In this document: positions 39,301 to 50,900 of the stretch, one piece after another
Layout of the letters: each line of letters starts with the position of its first letter
Numbering within the stretch: position 1 is the stretch's first letter
Assembly: GCA_973895155.1 (NCBI GenBank)
Contig: OZ316898.1
Span: 6,621,079-6,685,078 of the forward strand
Direction: 5' to 3'
Source of the DNA: Marsupella aquatica
Lineage: Eukaryota > Plantae > Marchantiophyta
Length of the DNA stretch: 64,000 bases
Made by a program: the position numbers and the translations under genes
The notes under the pieces: model-generated
The model's input: the letters and a program-made list of their open reading frames with translations, nothing else
Database searches by the model: none
Told to the model about the DNA's origin: nothing

Positions 39301-41274
39301 CGTCTGTTATCTCTCAGCCTTCTCAGTTACTTCTACATCAACACCTTCTTATAAACACTCCGCCAACTCTCCTTTACTCTTATCATAGTGCATTGTTTTC
39401 CACTTTTCCCTCGGATGTTCCCAACACTCACACTCAAGCTATGGCAAGGCCCGATGCTGCTCACTGGAGAGAAGCTGAATTACGAGAAATCAATCAGCTC
39501 CACAAACTCAAAGTGGCTCATCTAGTACCACTACCTGCTGGTGCTCGTTTGTTACCATCCTGATGGGTCTACAATCTTAAGCGTGACGGACTTTACAAAG
39601 CACGTTTTGTTGTTCGAGGGGATAAGCAACGTCCTGGAATTGATTACGATTCTACTTTTGCATCTGTTGTCCGGCCTGAGACTTTCCGCACTATTCTGGC
39701 ACTAGTCACCATGCATAATTATGAGGCTCATAGCTTTGACGTAGTCACGGCTTTTATCTATGCCTTACTGAAGTCACCGACACCAATATACGTCAGGCCT
39801 CCACCTGGATACGAGACATATGATGCTAATGGTGCCATGCTTGTATGGCTACTTATTCAAGCTCTTTACGGTCTTCGACAATCTGCTCGAATGTGGTATC
39901 ATGAGATTGTGGAATATGCCGCTACTTTTGGTTTCATACCACTTCCTTCTGATCCCTGTGTCCTACAAAATTCTGCTGGGGAGCTAATCGTCCTTTGGGT
40001 TGATGATTTAATTTTTGTCTCACCAACCTTATCTGGAATCCATAACATTCGTGACAAGCTCACTGCTCGTTATGAACTCAGAGACCTTGGTGAGTTATCT
40101 GATTATCTGGGCATGACCATTACCCGAGATCGTTCCCATGGCACTCTACATTTGGGTCAAGCGCCTTACACTCTTAAGATCCTGCAACGATTTCATCTTG
40201 ATTCTAGTTTACCTCTTACTTTTCCAAGCACGGGTACTGATGATCTTGTTCCATCCACATCTCAAGCGACTGATAATGATAGGCAACGCTATCAATCTAT
40301 GATTGGCTCCTTGCTTTATCTTGCAGTCTGGACTCGTCCCGACATTGCTGAACGGTGTTCCAAGCTTGGGCAATTTGCTCATAATCCGGATTTGACTCAT
40401 GAAAGTGCACTTCGATCAGTTTTTCGATATCTCAATACCACTCGACAGCTGGGCCTCACTTTTGGTATCCACGATTTTTCTGGTTTGGAGATCCATTCTT
40501 TGGGATTTTCTGGATTTTCCGACGCTTCTTTTGCAGACAATATCTCAGATCGAAAATCCACTAGCGGCTATCTTTTTAAACTTGGCGGTGGCTCTATTTC
40601 TTGGAAATCTCGAAAGCAACCGATAACTGCAACGAGTTCTACTGAATCTGAATACTTAGCTTATTCTCTGGCTTGTAAAGAAGCGGTGTGGCTGCGCCAG
40701 TTACTTTTCGACTTATGTTATACTCTGGCTGATGCCCAGCGTGTTATTCTCTATGGTGACAACCAACCGGCTATTTCTCTCACATACAATCCCGAGCATC
40801 ATTTCCGCACTAAGCACATTGGAGTTCAGTGGCATTACATTCGTGAGCAAGTCAAAGATGGTGTGATTGAGATGAAATACCTATCTACTGCTCTTATGCC
40901 CGCAGATGGTTTCACAAAGCCCCTCCAAGGGCTTAAATTTGCTAGATTCGTAGAGATGCTAGCTTTACAGTCTTTGCCTTCGTAGCAGACATTCGTTTTT
41001 CAGAAGATCTGAGGGGTCTGTCGTTTACCTCTTTTGTCGATCTCCTGTTATCTTGACACCTGTTTTAGTTTAGACTCTACCCTACCCCAGGCGCGCCCCC
41101 ACTGGCTTTTCACGTGGAGTTTTTTACTTTTCCCCTTCTGCCTTTTCCGGGGAAAAAATTTTGATGTCCATTTTGACATCTATTTGTTTTCTCCTTGAAT
41201 GAAAGCAGTACGCATTATTTTCATTCCATCTTTTGTGCAAGAGTTTTTACTGTCGATCACGACTGTCAATCACA
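36304..41274 (+). mobile_element. Full-length Ty1/Copia LTR retrotransposon, inactivated
   Basis: LTRs 36304-36560 and 41019-41274 (TG..CA, few differences), TSD GTAAT (36299-36303 and 41275-41279), PBS GGTTATGGGCC and PPT GAGGGG. Domains in order: gag, knuckle CIFCSIPGHRDDRC, protease DSGAS, integrase (WHRRLAH/CEVC, HFDL, DNGLEF, NGIAER), RT (LYGLRQS, WVDDL), RNase H (SDASF, DNQPA, ADGFTK). Frameshift at about 37400 and TGA at 39561. Confidence 0.97.
36561..36571 (+). other. Primer-binding site complementary to the anticodon-arm region of initiator tRNA-Met (half-tRNA primer)
   Basis: GGTTATGGGCC directly follows the 5' LTR and is the reverse complement of GGCCCAUAACC. Confidence 0.85.
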
Positions 41275-44200
41275 GTAATTGTGAGGTCTTCATTTTCACA
41301 GAAAGCTTGTACCATGGCCTATGCACCTACGTCACGTACTAGATTTCCTACCCAAATTCGAGTCTCCAAGCTGCGAAGATGGCCCCTTTGAATGGTCTCC
41401 GTCAAACTCTTGAAAGCTGTGAAATTTATTCCCTTGTTCATTCCTAGATTCAGTATTTGCAAATCAGGTAAAAAATCCAAGTCGGCCAGATTTACCAAAG
41501 CATCAACCGCCCTATTTCCCAATTGATTGTCGTGGAGATTCAGCCACTTCAATGCCAATCCAGTCCCAGGGCCATTCAATAATGCATCTGCAAAGCGCCA
41601 GATTTGCTCCGAGTTGATCCAACAGCCATCCAAGACGAGGGTTTTAAGAGAATTCGAAAAAAGCATGGGCACCAAAACCTCCACATCAACTCGATTCAAC
41701 GCATTCTAGCTGAGGCGCAGTGACGAAATATTCGGCAAGTTTCCAAAATTTGTTGCCCGAGTGAGAACCTCCCAGCCATCGACTCCATCAAGCACCCCGT
41801 TAGATAGTTCAAGATGCTGCAAGGCTTTGAAGCACCCACCTTTCAAAGCTACGTCCAATCGTTGATGTAGACTGCTCCGGGAAAGGTCCTCAAGACCTTC
41901 CATGCTCGTGATAGAAAATGCGCGCAGATGCGACATATAGCTCTCATTCCAGGCCGCTAAAATTGCCCTCACATCACATTCAAGAGTAAGCACACTGACA
42001 CCAACTGCGGGGAAGGATCTTGTAAGCAGACTTGTGAACTGGCCAGTCATTAACCATCGTGCGAGATGAGCCCATCCCTCTGGTCTCTGACGCAAACCTT
42101 CGGATCATAGGACTTCTCAGAGGTAATTCTCAATTCTAGCGCCTCTACCGTTGAGCATCCACGGCTTTCAAGGATAGTTCCAAAACATTCCATTCGGGAC
42201 CCAGCGCCATATCCACTCCCCGGCTGATAGTGTGGCAGATCCTGATTCCGATCTACTCGGTGCCCCTTCATATCGTCGACTTCAATTCTTTTAACACTGT
42301 AGTGTGTCACATTTGCCTCCGGAAGACCAGTGGAGTACTTATTAGTCACCTGCTGAGGACGGTACAGCACATGATACCACTCAGCTGGCAGCTTGGCACC
42401 ATTTTCATCGTGGAGTCGCTCGAAGGCCTCTGCTGCAGAAGTATGTCGATTTCTCGACCAAATCAAAAGCTTCAAACTGGGATGGTGACCGCTTTCAATG
42501 ATCTTCATCAAAGTCATTAGCGCACTTGAATCCAATGCCCAGTTCTCACTCAAAACCAAGTCCTGCAACTGAGCCAGCTTCTCTGAACAGACCAGACGTA
42601 CCAAAGCAGCAAATCCCCTATCATCCACCTCATTCTTGTGGAGATCGAGACGCTTCAACGCCACAGGACTCCTAGCGGCCTTCATTATTGCATGTGCAAA
42701 GCGCTCAACTTCCATTGCGTTGATCCCACAACCATCCACGATGAGGTTCTCAAGAGGCGTCGACAGCAGGAATGGGACTAAGTCTGCCAGCTTAAGTCCT
42801 ACGTTCCCGCTCAACCTGAGAGATGTTAGATTTGGCAACTTTCCAGATTCTATCTCCCGAATGAAAACCTTCCAGCAATCCGAATCAGAAAGGACGTTGT
42901 TGGATAAATGGTACCTATTAACAGATAAATCGAGATGTTCCAAGCTTTTGAAGCACCCGCTTTTCAAAACTGCCCCCAAAGTTTGCGACAGATCGCGTCG
43001 GATATATGAGCTTTGCATGTGAAGGAAAATGACTTGATCGGGAAAAAACGACCACCGCATATGATTGAAAATGACCGCAAATCTGAAATATATCCAGCCT
43101 TCAAGGCACCTAAAACCGCACCGACTGTACACGCGGGGAGGGATAGTGTACGCAGGTTTGTGAACCGGCCAAATTCTAACGCTTCTGCTAGATCTGCACT
43201 TCCCTTATTTCCCAGAGAACCTACCCGGGAACCCGGCTCCCTCAAGGCCATTGTAATCCCAATTCTGAGTGTCTTTAGCCTCGACAATCGACCGCTTCCA
43301 AGGACAGGCCTCAAGTCGTCCATTCCGATGGCTTCCGTTTGGAATTTCCTCCCTAAAGGAGCCTCTACGGGAGCTTGAGGAAGATCCAACTCCATATGCT
43401 CAATTTGAGAGACATCGATGCGAGCCAAAATCTGCATTATGTACTGCCACTCATCCGCATCGAGCGATTTCTTGATTCTGAAGTGTGAATTTGAATGTCT
43501 GTAAGAAGCCAAATCCTTCAAAGGCCCTGAATCCCAGTCTACAGATACACCTCGAGAAAAGTATTGACCAAATTTCTCTAGATAAAACTCCCAGTTATCC
43601 CTTCCTTGTTGGCTTCCATATTCCCTCCAATTCGAATCTTCGACCCAAAACTCCATTCACAAGATTGACCTGTGACCAAGCTGGGGGACAAATCCAAACG
43701 TGTCCACTCCTTCCGGAAAAAAGAGTTGTCGAAACTCAACTCTCCAAAGCTGGCCGTCGCTCAATCAAAAGCTTGGACAATCTGCACTCGATTGACTCAA
43801 GTCACTAAAGTAGTACCATGGCACACGAGAACAATGACTCAAAATCTCGAAAGCTAGTAAGCAGACAGCATCCAGAATCACTATCTTCCCGCTTAGTCTT
43901 CTCCTGGAGAAACGTACCATCTCTGTTGGTTACAAAACGCTCCCAAGCTAGAGCGTCGGCAGCAAACCCGACGTTAACTTTAGTTTTCTGCCGACGTTAA
44001 CTTTTCTTAACGTCGTCTGTTCGATCGCTAGTACATTTCGACTCACTGAGATGAATTCTTTCTAATTTTCCGAATCCCTCAGAACAAGAGCAGCCCAACA
44101 AGAGCAGCCCCAGTGCCACAATCTTCTCCGGGCATGATGATTGAGTTTCCTAAAATTTGCCTCCCTCGTCTTCTATGAAGCTCCGTGGTGGAGAAGTTTT

Positions 44201-44741
44201 TGTCTCCCGCGGCTTCTCCGAAGCTCCGGTAGTTGAGCCGTGTAAGTCAAAGCTCCGTCAAGGAGTGGAGAGACACTATGATTGGATTGGATTGGATTGA
44301 TTATCATTTTTTACTAATTTTAGGGGAATATTTTGTCGTTGCATATGTGGCATGACGAACTTCGTTTTAAGGTCGATGACTACTCCGTCGTAGATTTCCG
44401 AGAAGCCGTGTTTTACCTAGACCTCCGCGACCTTTGCAGGTAGTTGAACTGGCAGAAGTCCCTCGCCTGATTTAGCTATTCTCCATCACTCGGCTGCCCA
44501 TTTGCCACCGACCCCTCGATGTGGTTGGAGCTTGCAAGAATATACATTCCACACGGAAGTGAATTTGATACATTTCGCCAACTGCTTTTGGAGCCCTCGA
44601 AGACTCTGTACGAGAAGCACAGAAGCAGTCGTGTAGATAAACATGTATGCATGCAAAACCTGAAGCGAAACCCTTCCAATACATGTGAATTGCGTTGTCT
44701 TTTCCATCTTGGTGTGAATTCAATGGAGGAATAGAGCATAA

Positions 44742-47425
44742 TTCACGGAGTACAGTGACGATGACGTACGTAAAGCAGCACTAGTTCTGTAAGAGCCACT
44801 GACTTTCCGCTGGAAGATAATAATTCATTTAGGGAGAAGGTGTCCTTTATCTGTTTGGTTATACAGTTATAGATGTAGCAATCATATATCTTCGAAGCAG
44901 GAACTCTTCAGAATTAACAAAGTGATGAGCGTGGAAGTGCTGCACATCAACATGGACAGTTCAATGTTGGGATGAAATTTGTGAAACTGGGTCTCAAAGT
45001 TTTTCCACCCTTCTTGGACGCCTGAAAATCCCATCTACCATGATTTCTATGCTTTCAAGTGGCTCACAATTCCAAACCTGTCTTCAAGCCAATATAGTTC
45101 CTTTCAAGAGTGTCACCAGTTCTTTTGATGGATTCCCCATTCTATTGAAGTTCTACTGACCTTCCAAGTTAAACTCCTTACTTACACAGCTGTTTTCAGG
45201 AACGCAGTCATCAACTGTACAATATACAGTTCCAGTGAAGGGATAGCGACGACATGCTTTCAAGCCAGGCCTGGAGGAAATAATCCTGCAGCCAAAAAGT
45301 TGATTGGACACATCATTTGTAGAGCTTCATAAGCCATTTTAGGCACTGATTAAGTCACAAAGCGACAAGAGGCTGACTGCAGAAGCAATAACGAAGTACA
45401 GACGTGGCATCCATCAACAATGCAAAGGTAGACGAGACTGAGACGCAATGGTCGGTGCAGAGATACGTATCCTTGGCTAAAGACTTACCAAGGCAATAAG
45501 CAAGTGTTCTATCGTAGACTTTAAGTCCACATGTTGACCTGGAAAGAAGACGTCCTTTCGGGCTTTCCATCTTAGCAAAATAAATTGGTGATGTTACCCT
45601 TGTTCTTTTACTACTCCAGAATTACACCTAGAGAATCCTCGCCGGTGAGTTAAGAACGCCGCCTGCAGCAAGGAAGATCTAGACCAGTAGAGAACGTTGG
45701 AATTATTGTGCTTGGGCCAAGTTCCTCGTATATACTGATCTCTCTGCTACCCTTTATATGCGGCAGAGAGGAAAGAAAAAGCATTTCACTGTCAACAGCG
45801 CGAAAGTTTGTTTACTGACGCCAAGTGAGTTCAATACCCCGTCCGAATATTTGGTGGATTATAAAACTTATTTCAAAGTTGACAAGGGGAGAAAATCAAG
45901 ATTTACGAGCCTTTCTTCCACAGCATATTACACTTGGCGAACACTGAATTGAGAACGCACCTCTAATCTAAAAATATCGTACACTCAACACAGAACCTGA
46001 TGATCTGCACCAACGATTGCTTGATCTATGATAAAATTCAGCACATGACTAGCTCTTTCATTACACGAAAGGAGGAACCAGTATTGTTGCAAGACCTTTC
46101 TCTATAGTCACATCGATTGTTGGGCCATAAAGCATTGGGTCTTCGCTCCCATCACAATAAGCACCTTGCTCTCTTCCCAGGATTTCTCCGTCAAGGTCCA
46201 CAAAACCACCTTGCATTGAGCCTCCTTCTATCCCTCCTGGGGCCAGGCGAAAGGCCTTTTCATGAACTTCGGTCTCCTCTAGACCTATGACTGGATCTCC
46301 GATGTTCTCTGATCCTGCTGCTGGAATGTAGGCGAGGCTGCCACTATAGTACCAAAAGAGTCGAATATATGCCTGTCATTGACATATATTGGAATGAGGG
46401 TGGAAATCCTGTCTACACAAGTTTGACAGCCGTATCTAGAACATCCAAAGTTCATCCCACAGCTCTTTCAAACCCTCGCCCTTTGCTTTGCTGATATAAG
46501 AAGTGATATGCGCCTAATTTGAAAATCCAGGGCATTTTATGGCTAAGATTACTATCTTCATCAAAGCTAAGTGAGACTCTATCGTGTCATATGTAACTCC
46601 TTAAACTGTGTAATTTGTTGCAACCAATTGCCGTCCGTGTCAACAGACTAAAAGCAAGAGTGCCGCGAAACACGCAAGGACTTTATCATATAGCTTTAGA
46701 AAACAGACTCTTTACCTGAAGATCACTTCGAAGACCACCAAGGTATCTATGCTTTTCCGAATCGAAGCCAACATCGCTGACAAATCCTAAAACAACCGTC
46801 ACGCCGACAAGTGGTCTGTAAAATGGACTATGATACTTGACTTCCACTTGTATACAAGTGGCAACATCTAGTGCCTGCATCTGACCTGAACAAGACAAGA
46901 CAACTTATCAGGTAGGCACTGTCGAATGTTCATAGACTATTCTTCGACGCAGCAGAAAGATCTTCTCACACTATTTACTTAAAATTTCATAAAATAGCTG
47001 CACCTGGATTCTACTATTGTCGACAAAATACGACCTACAGTGGGACTCCCAGCGAAGTATGAAGGGCCAACAGGCACCTCGAACGGTACGAAAAGTTACA
47101 CTCGCAGCATTATATTCTTCATTTCCAGCTTCTAAATAGATCTTGCCATTCCATTCCCTGTCCCTGTAGCAGGAGAAGTCAGTGGTTTGCATCAGTACTG
47201 GGCAGCAACAACAAGCAGCAAGAGAAATCTATTGCATTTTGCCAACACATTACCATTTCAACAATAGATGAAAAAGTAGAAACGAAAATGGTACCACAAT
47301 CGCACGTAATAGTTCCCAAGATATGTCCAATCGCCTTAGTTTGGGAATCAACGGAATTTAAGATCAATTCAATTCAGATCAAGGAGTTTGGGATTCGCGA
47401 AACACCATTTTCACGAACTGCACTC
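44742..47425 (-). pseudogene. Inverted, internally deleted partial duplicate of the sphingosine kinase gene (intron 4 to 3' flank; source about 30250-33805)
   Basis: The reverse complement matches exon 5 (EAGNEEYNAA), exon 6 (QALDVATCIQ), exon 7 (FVSDVGFDSEKHRYLGG), the start of exon 8, exon 10, the retained introns and the downstream flank. Confidence 0.92.
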
Positions 47426-47966
47426 TTACAAAACTCATCCTGAAAAAGGTGTGTGAACAAGTGCGAGACTGCATTCAACTGTCTGGGAGAAAAGCAGAAT
47501 CTAAAGGAAGACCCGAGTGAAGTTGAGTTGCACTCAAGATGATCAAATAGTTGGAGAACTGGAGACAATGGGTCACGTTTACCTGCCAAGTGGAAAGTGC
47601 GCATTCGTTACTGCCGGAGAAGATCCCTTCTCGGTTGTGACATGAGCAGTGCAATCGATCTTCCATCATGGCTCAGTCTCTTTATCCTCTGTTACTGAAA
47701 TCCTCTCCACAGTTTGCGAGTCTAAAGCAACGAACTCCTATTTGGCATGCCAAACCAATCCAGACGTCTCTAGTAGGGGGCCAGTCAATTCACATGGTTC
47801 CTAGAAATTATTGCACAATCATTTCCTCTGACAAACTACCAGATTGAGGAAGCTCAATCCCATCAAGAAATACGCTGTGTACCGATTGCAACCTTCCCAA
47901 CTCCGATTCTCACAATTTTAACATCAGGACATTCCAATCGAGACTCGCTGGAGCAAGCTACCTTGA

Positions 47967-50900
47967 TTATGGACTGATGGCCGTGGCTTCTGCACCATAT
48001 TTCTCCAAGCATTTCTCACAAACCCATGAAACCGAATCAGGCGCTCGTGAGCGTCTACTAGAATCAATCTGAGGACTTGCTTTGAGCACCACTCTCCTTA
48101 ATTTAGTCCCTTTTACAAAATTACCCAACCCAATGTCAACTATCAGATCCTTCACAACACCTTCGGCGACCAATTTCATTTTAACATCTGTTAGTTGTTC
48201 GGCGGGATCTGGCTTTCCGTGACCATTCTTTTCGTCCTCGTCTTGCAGCATTCTCACGGCCGTATCCCTAGCTCTATCGTGCTCCTCCGTGGACGTTGAT
48301 ATGGTTGGAATTGCACCGGCAGTACCCGGCAGCAAGACCGTAAGTGCGATTTTAGCTACCGTTGTAGCCACAAAATAGGACCATCGCACCCAAGGTTCCA
48401 CATCCTTCAGCCATTCTTTTACAACAGTAGTTTTACTTAATTTTACTCCTTCTTGATCTTCGACCCAGTGCAAATTGCCATCATCGAATTGACACTCGCA
48501 GAGGAAGTGCAGTCTGTAGTTTTTTCGGAAGGGTCCTTTGACAGTATCTTTGAAACTTGTCCACAATCCCGAAGAGTCTTTCCGTTTCAGAATCAGGAAC
48601 CTGGGTACGCTTTTCTCCTTCTCTGCTATGGAGAACGAGTAGTGCGCTTGAATCCATAACAAGACTTCATCCCTCCCCTCGTCAACATTTAACAAAAGCT
48701 TTTGGTTTCCGTCATCAATGTGCTGGCGTATGGCATGGCCCTCTCTGTGTACAACCTTGCCAAGATGTGAGCAAGTGTAACGGATCAGATCCTTCAGTTC
48801 CTGAATTTCAGGATGCAAAACTTGTCTATCCTGAACGCATGCTCCCCCGTTTTCCAGAAGCAGTGGATTGGAACTATTCCCTTCCTCAAAGTCTTTGATT
48901 TGTGGCAATGAATCTTCTTTCCAGCACCCCTTTATATCATTATTCAACTCAGCAGCATGCTCCGCGTCTTCAACCGCCTCTGACGATACATCTGGCTTTT
49001 GATTTGCCTCAACCCCACCCAGTGACACCTCGGAGTCTTCCGACCCTTCAGAAAAGTCTGAGTTGTAATAGTCATCGGCCCCTTCAATCTCCCATTCAGA
49101 GGCATAAGCATCACGTGTCCCGTCATCGGGATCAGCCTTCATCCCGGCCTTGATCTCGACAACCGCCTTCATTTCAACATCTGCAAGGAAGGTCTTTAGT
49201 TCCACAGCATTCCCGTTGACCCGCCAGCTTGAGTATAGTTCGTCTTGGAGCACAAGAACCTTGATCCCTCGTAGGGACATCAGCCGCCTTTTAGTCATTT
49301 CGGGGGCTTTTTCAGTGGCACTCCAGGGCTCGATGACTTTTACATCATATCTTAACCCTGGACAACATGCAAAGCAAAGAACCTGCAGTTTCTGCATTAT
49401 CTCACAAACACGTTCAACTTGTGCGAATCTTTTCTCGTGGGGACACACGGTTTTCACGAGAATGTCTATCCTATCGTCATTTGGATTGGAAGGATTTGCA
49501 TCAACCTCTATCAAGAACGAAAGCTCGCCAACATTGAAACTAGACGAGAATTTTCCCGCTCTGTACCCACTGTCCCCACGACCACCAAAATTAGGATCTT
49601 GGGCCAATTCCACCTGTAGTCTCCGAAACAGGGTCATCGGAATTGCAGTCCTTTCATGGTCCTCAATAGTGAGACACCGCCCAATCACCAAGCCGCATCC
49701 TTCACCTTCCCACCCCATTCTGAGATTATGATCTTCTTTCTGAATCAGAGCTGGGACCATGATTTCGTCGTTACCTTTCCTGTAACACAAACCCACTCGT
49801 TCTAGCATCGACAGAACATCATCACTTCGAACACCTTCTACCAGCAAATGTTCGAAGTAGCTTTGGAATAGGTATGTGGGAATTAATCCATCAACATTCA
49901 CTATCAAGGAGCAACAATCTTCCAGCATTCCATCTGGGAGGAGCAGTTCTCCCACAACTTGTCTGCAGAACCATTCTGGATGCAATACCACCACGCTCCT
50001 ATGCTTGGACCGTGAATCTGTCGATTCTTTATGGTCAAAATAGACTATTCCCCCAATCTCATGCAAATAGAGTGCTGCAGCTTTTAAATGCGTTCCACTT
50101 AATCGATTTTCCTTGCGCTTCAAATTGACGTTCGTCTCAAAAGCCTCCCAACTCATAATAGGAAGGTGGCTCTTGGTATCATCTTCTGCCCATCTTTTCA
50201 GCTCCTTTTGAAGTTCCAAACACACTTTTGGCACCATGACATTTTCCAGCAGTGTTTGAGCCTGGCCAAACAGAAAATCCTTCAATGGTTGAACCGATGT
50301 TGGAAAGCGGACATCCAGTACAAATGGAGCCAGACGAATGTGGAGTACATCCCGAAACAAATCCTTAATGTTTTTGATCAAGCCCATCCATAGCGTCAGA
50401 GCAGGCTTTGCACATTGTTGACCACCAAAGCAATTTAGAACAATCACCACATGCCGTTTAACATGCTTTTGAGAGCTTGAAGCTATGAACCGAAACCAAT
50501 AGAGGAGGTCTTTTTCCACATCTTTCGCAGATTTCGCGAAACTAGCTCTGAGGACAAGAATAAAGATAGTTGCTTTCCCACCCACTAATCCTAAATCAGC
50601 AAAGAACGTACCATGCAGGACACGATACTCCTCCTGACCGGCTATATCCCACAGAGTCAAAGTTAAATTCCTCTCCTCCAGTTGACTTAACTCTATTCCT
50701 GTAGTTCGTGCTTCCTTCAGTGGTCGTGTCGAATTGGTCAGAGCTCTTCTTAATGTGGTTTTTCCTACTTCAGGAAATCCACAAAGAAATACTTTTGCAG
50801 AAGTCAGGGGTGTTACATCCTCAAGCACATCTTTGTGCTCCACCTTCAAAGCCCTGAGCCGAATGTTGCGAGCTCTGGACTCAATCACCATCGTCTGCAA

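Larger units (their letters stand above)
35815..43656 (-). pseudogene. TORNADO1-like LRR-Roc(-COR) pseudogene (copy A), interrupted by Copia and 3'-truncated within Roc
   Basis: Colinear with the intact 1854-aa ORF from MEFWVEDSNW (ATG 43656) to EVGKTTLRRAL and LYWFRFIASSSQKR (~35815). Frameshifts at about 43011 and 42095, stops at 41706 and 41319, and an LTR element at 36304-41274. Confidence 0.92.

Noticed and set aside
37380-39563. Programmed gag-pol frameshift or stop read-through in the Copia element
   Set aside because: No slippery site was recognised. The shift lies before the gag zinc knuckle, and the TGA falls where an Arg (CGA) fits the RT motif, so both look like decay mutations.
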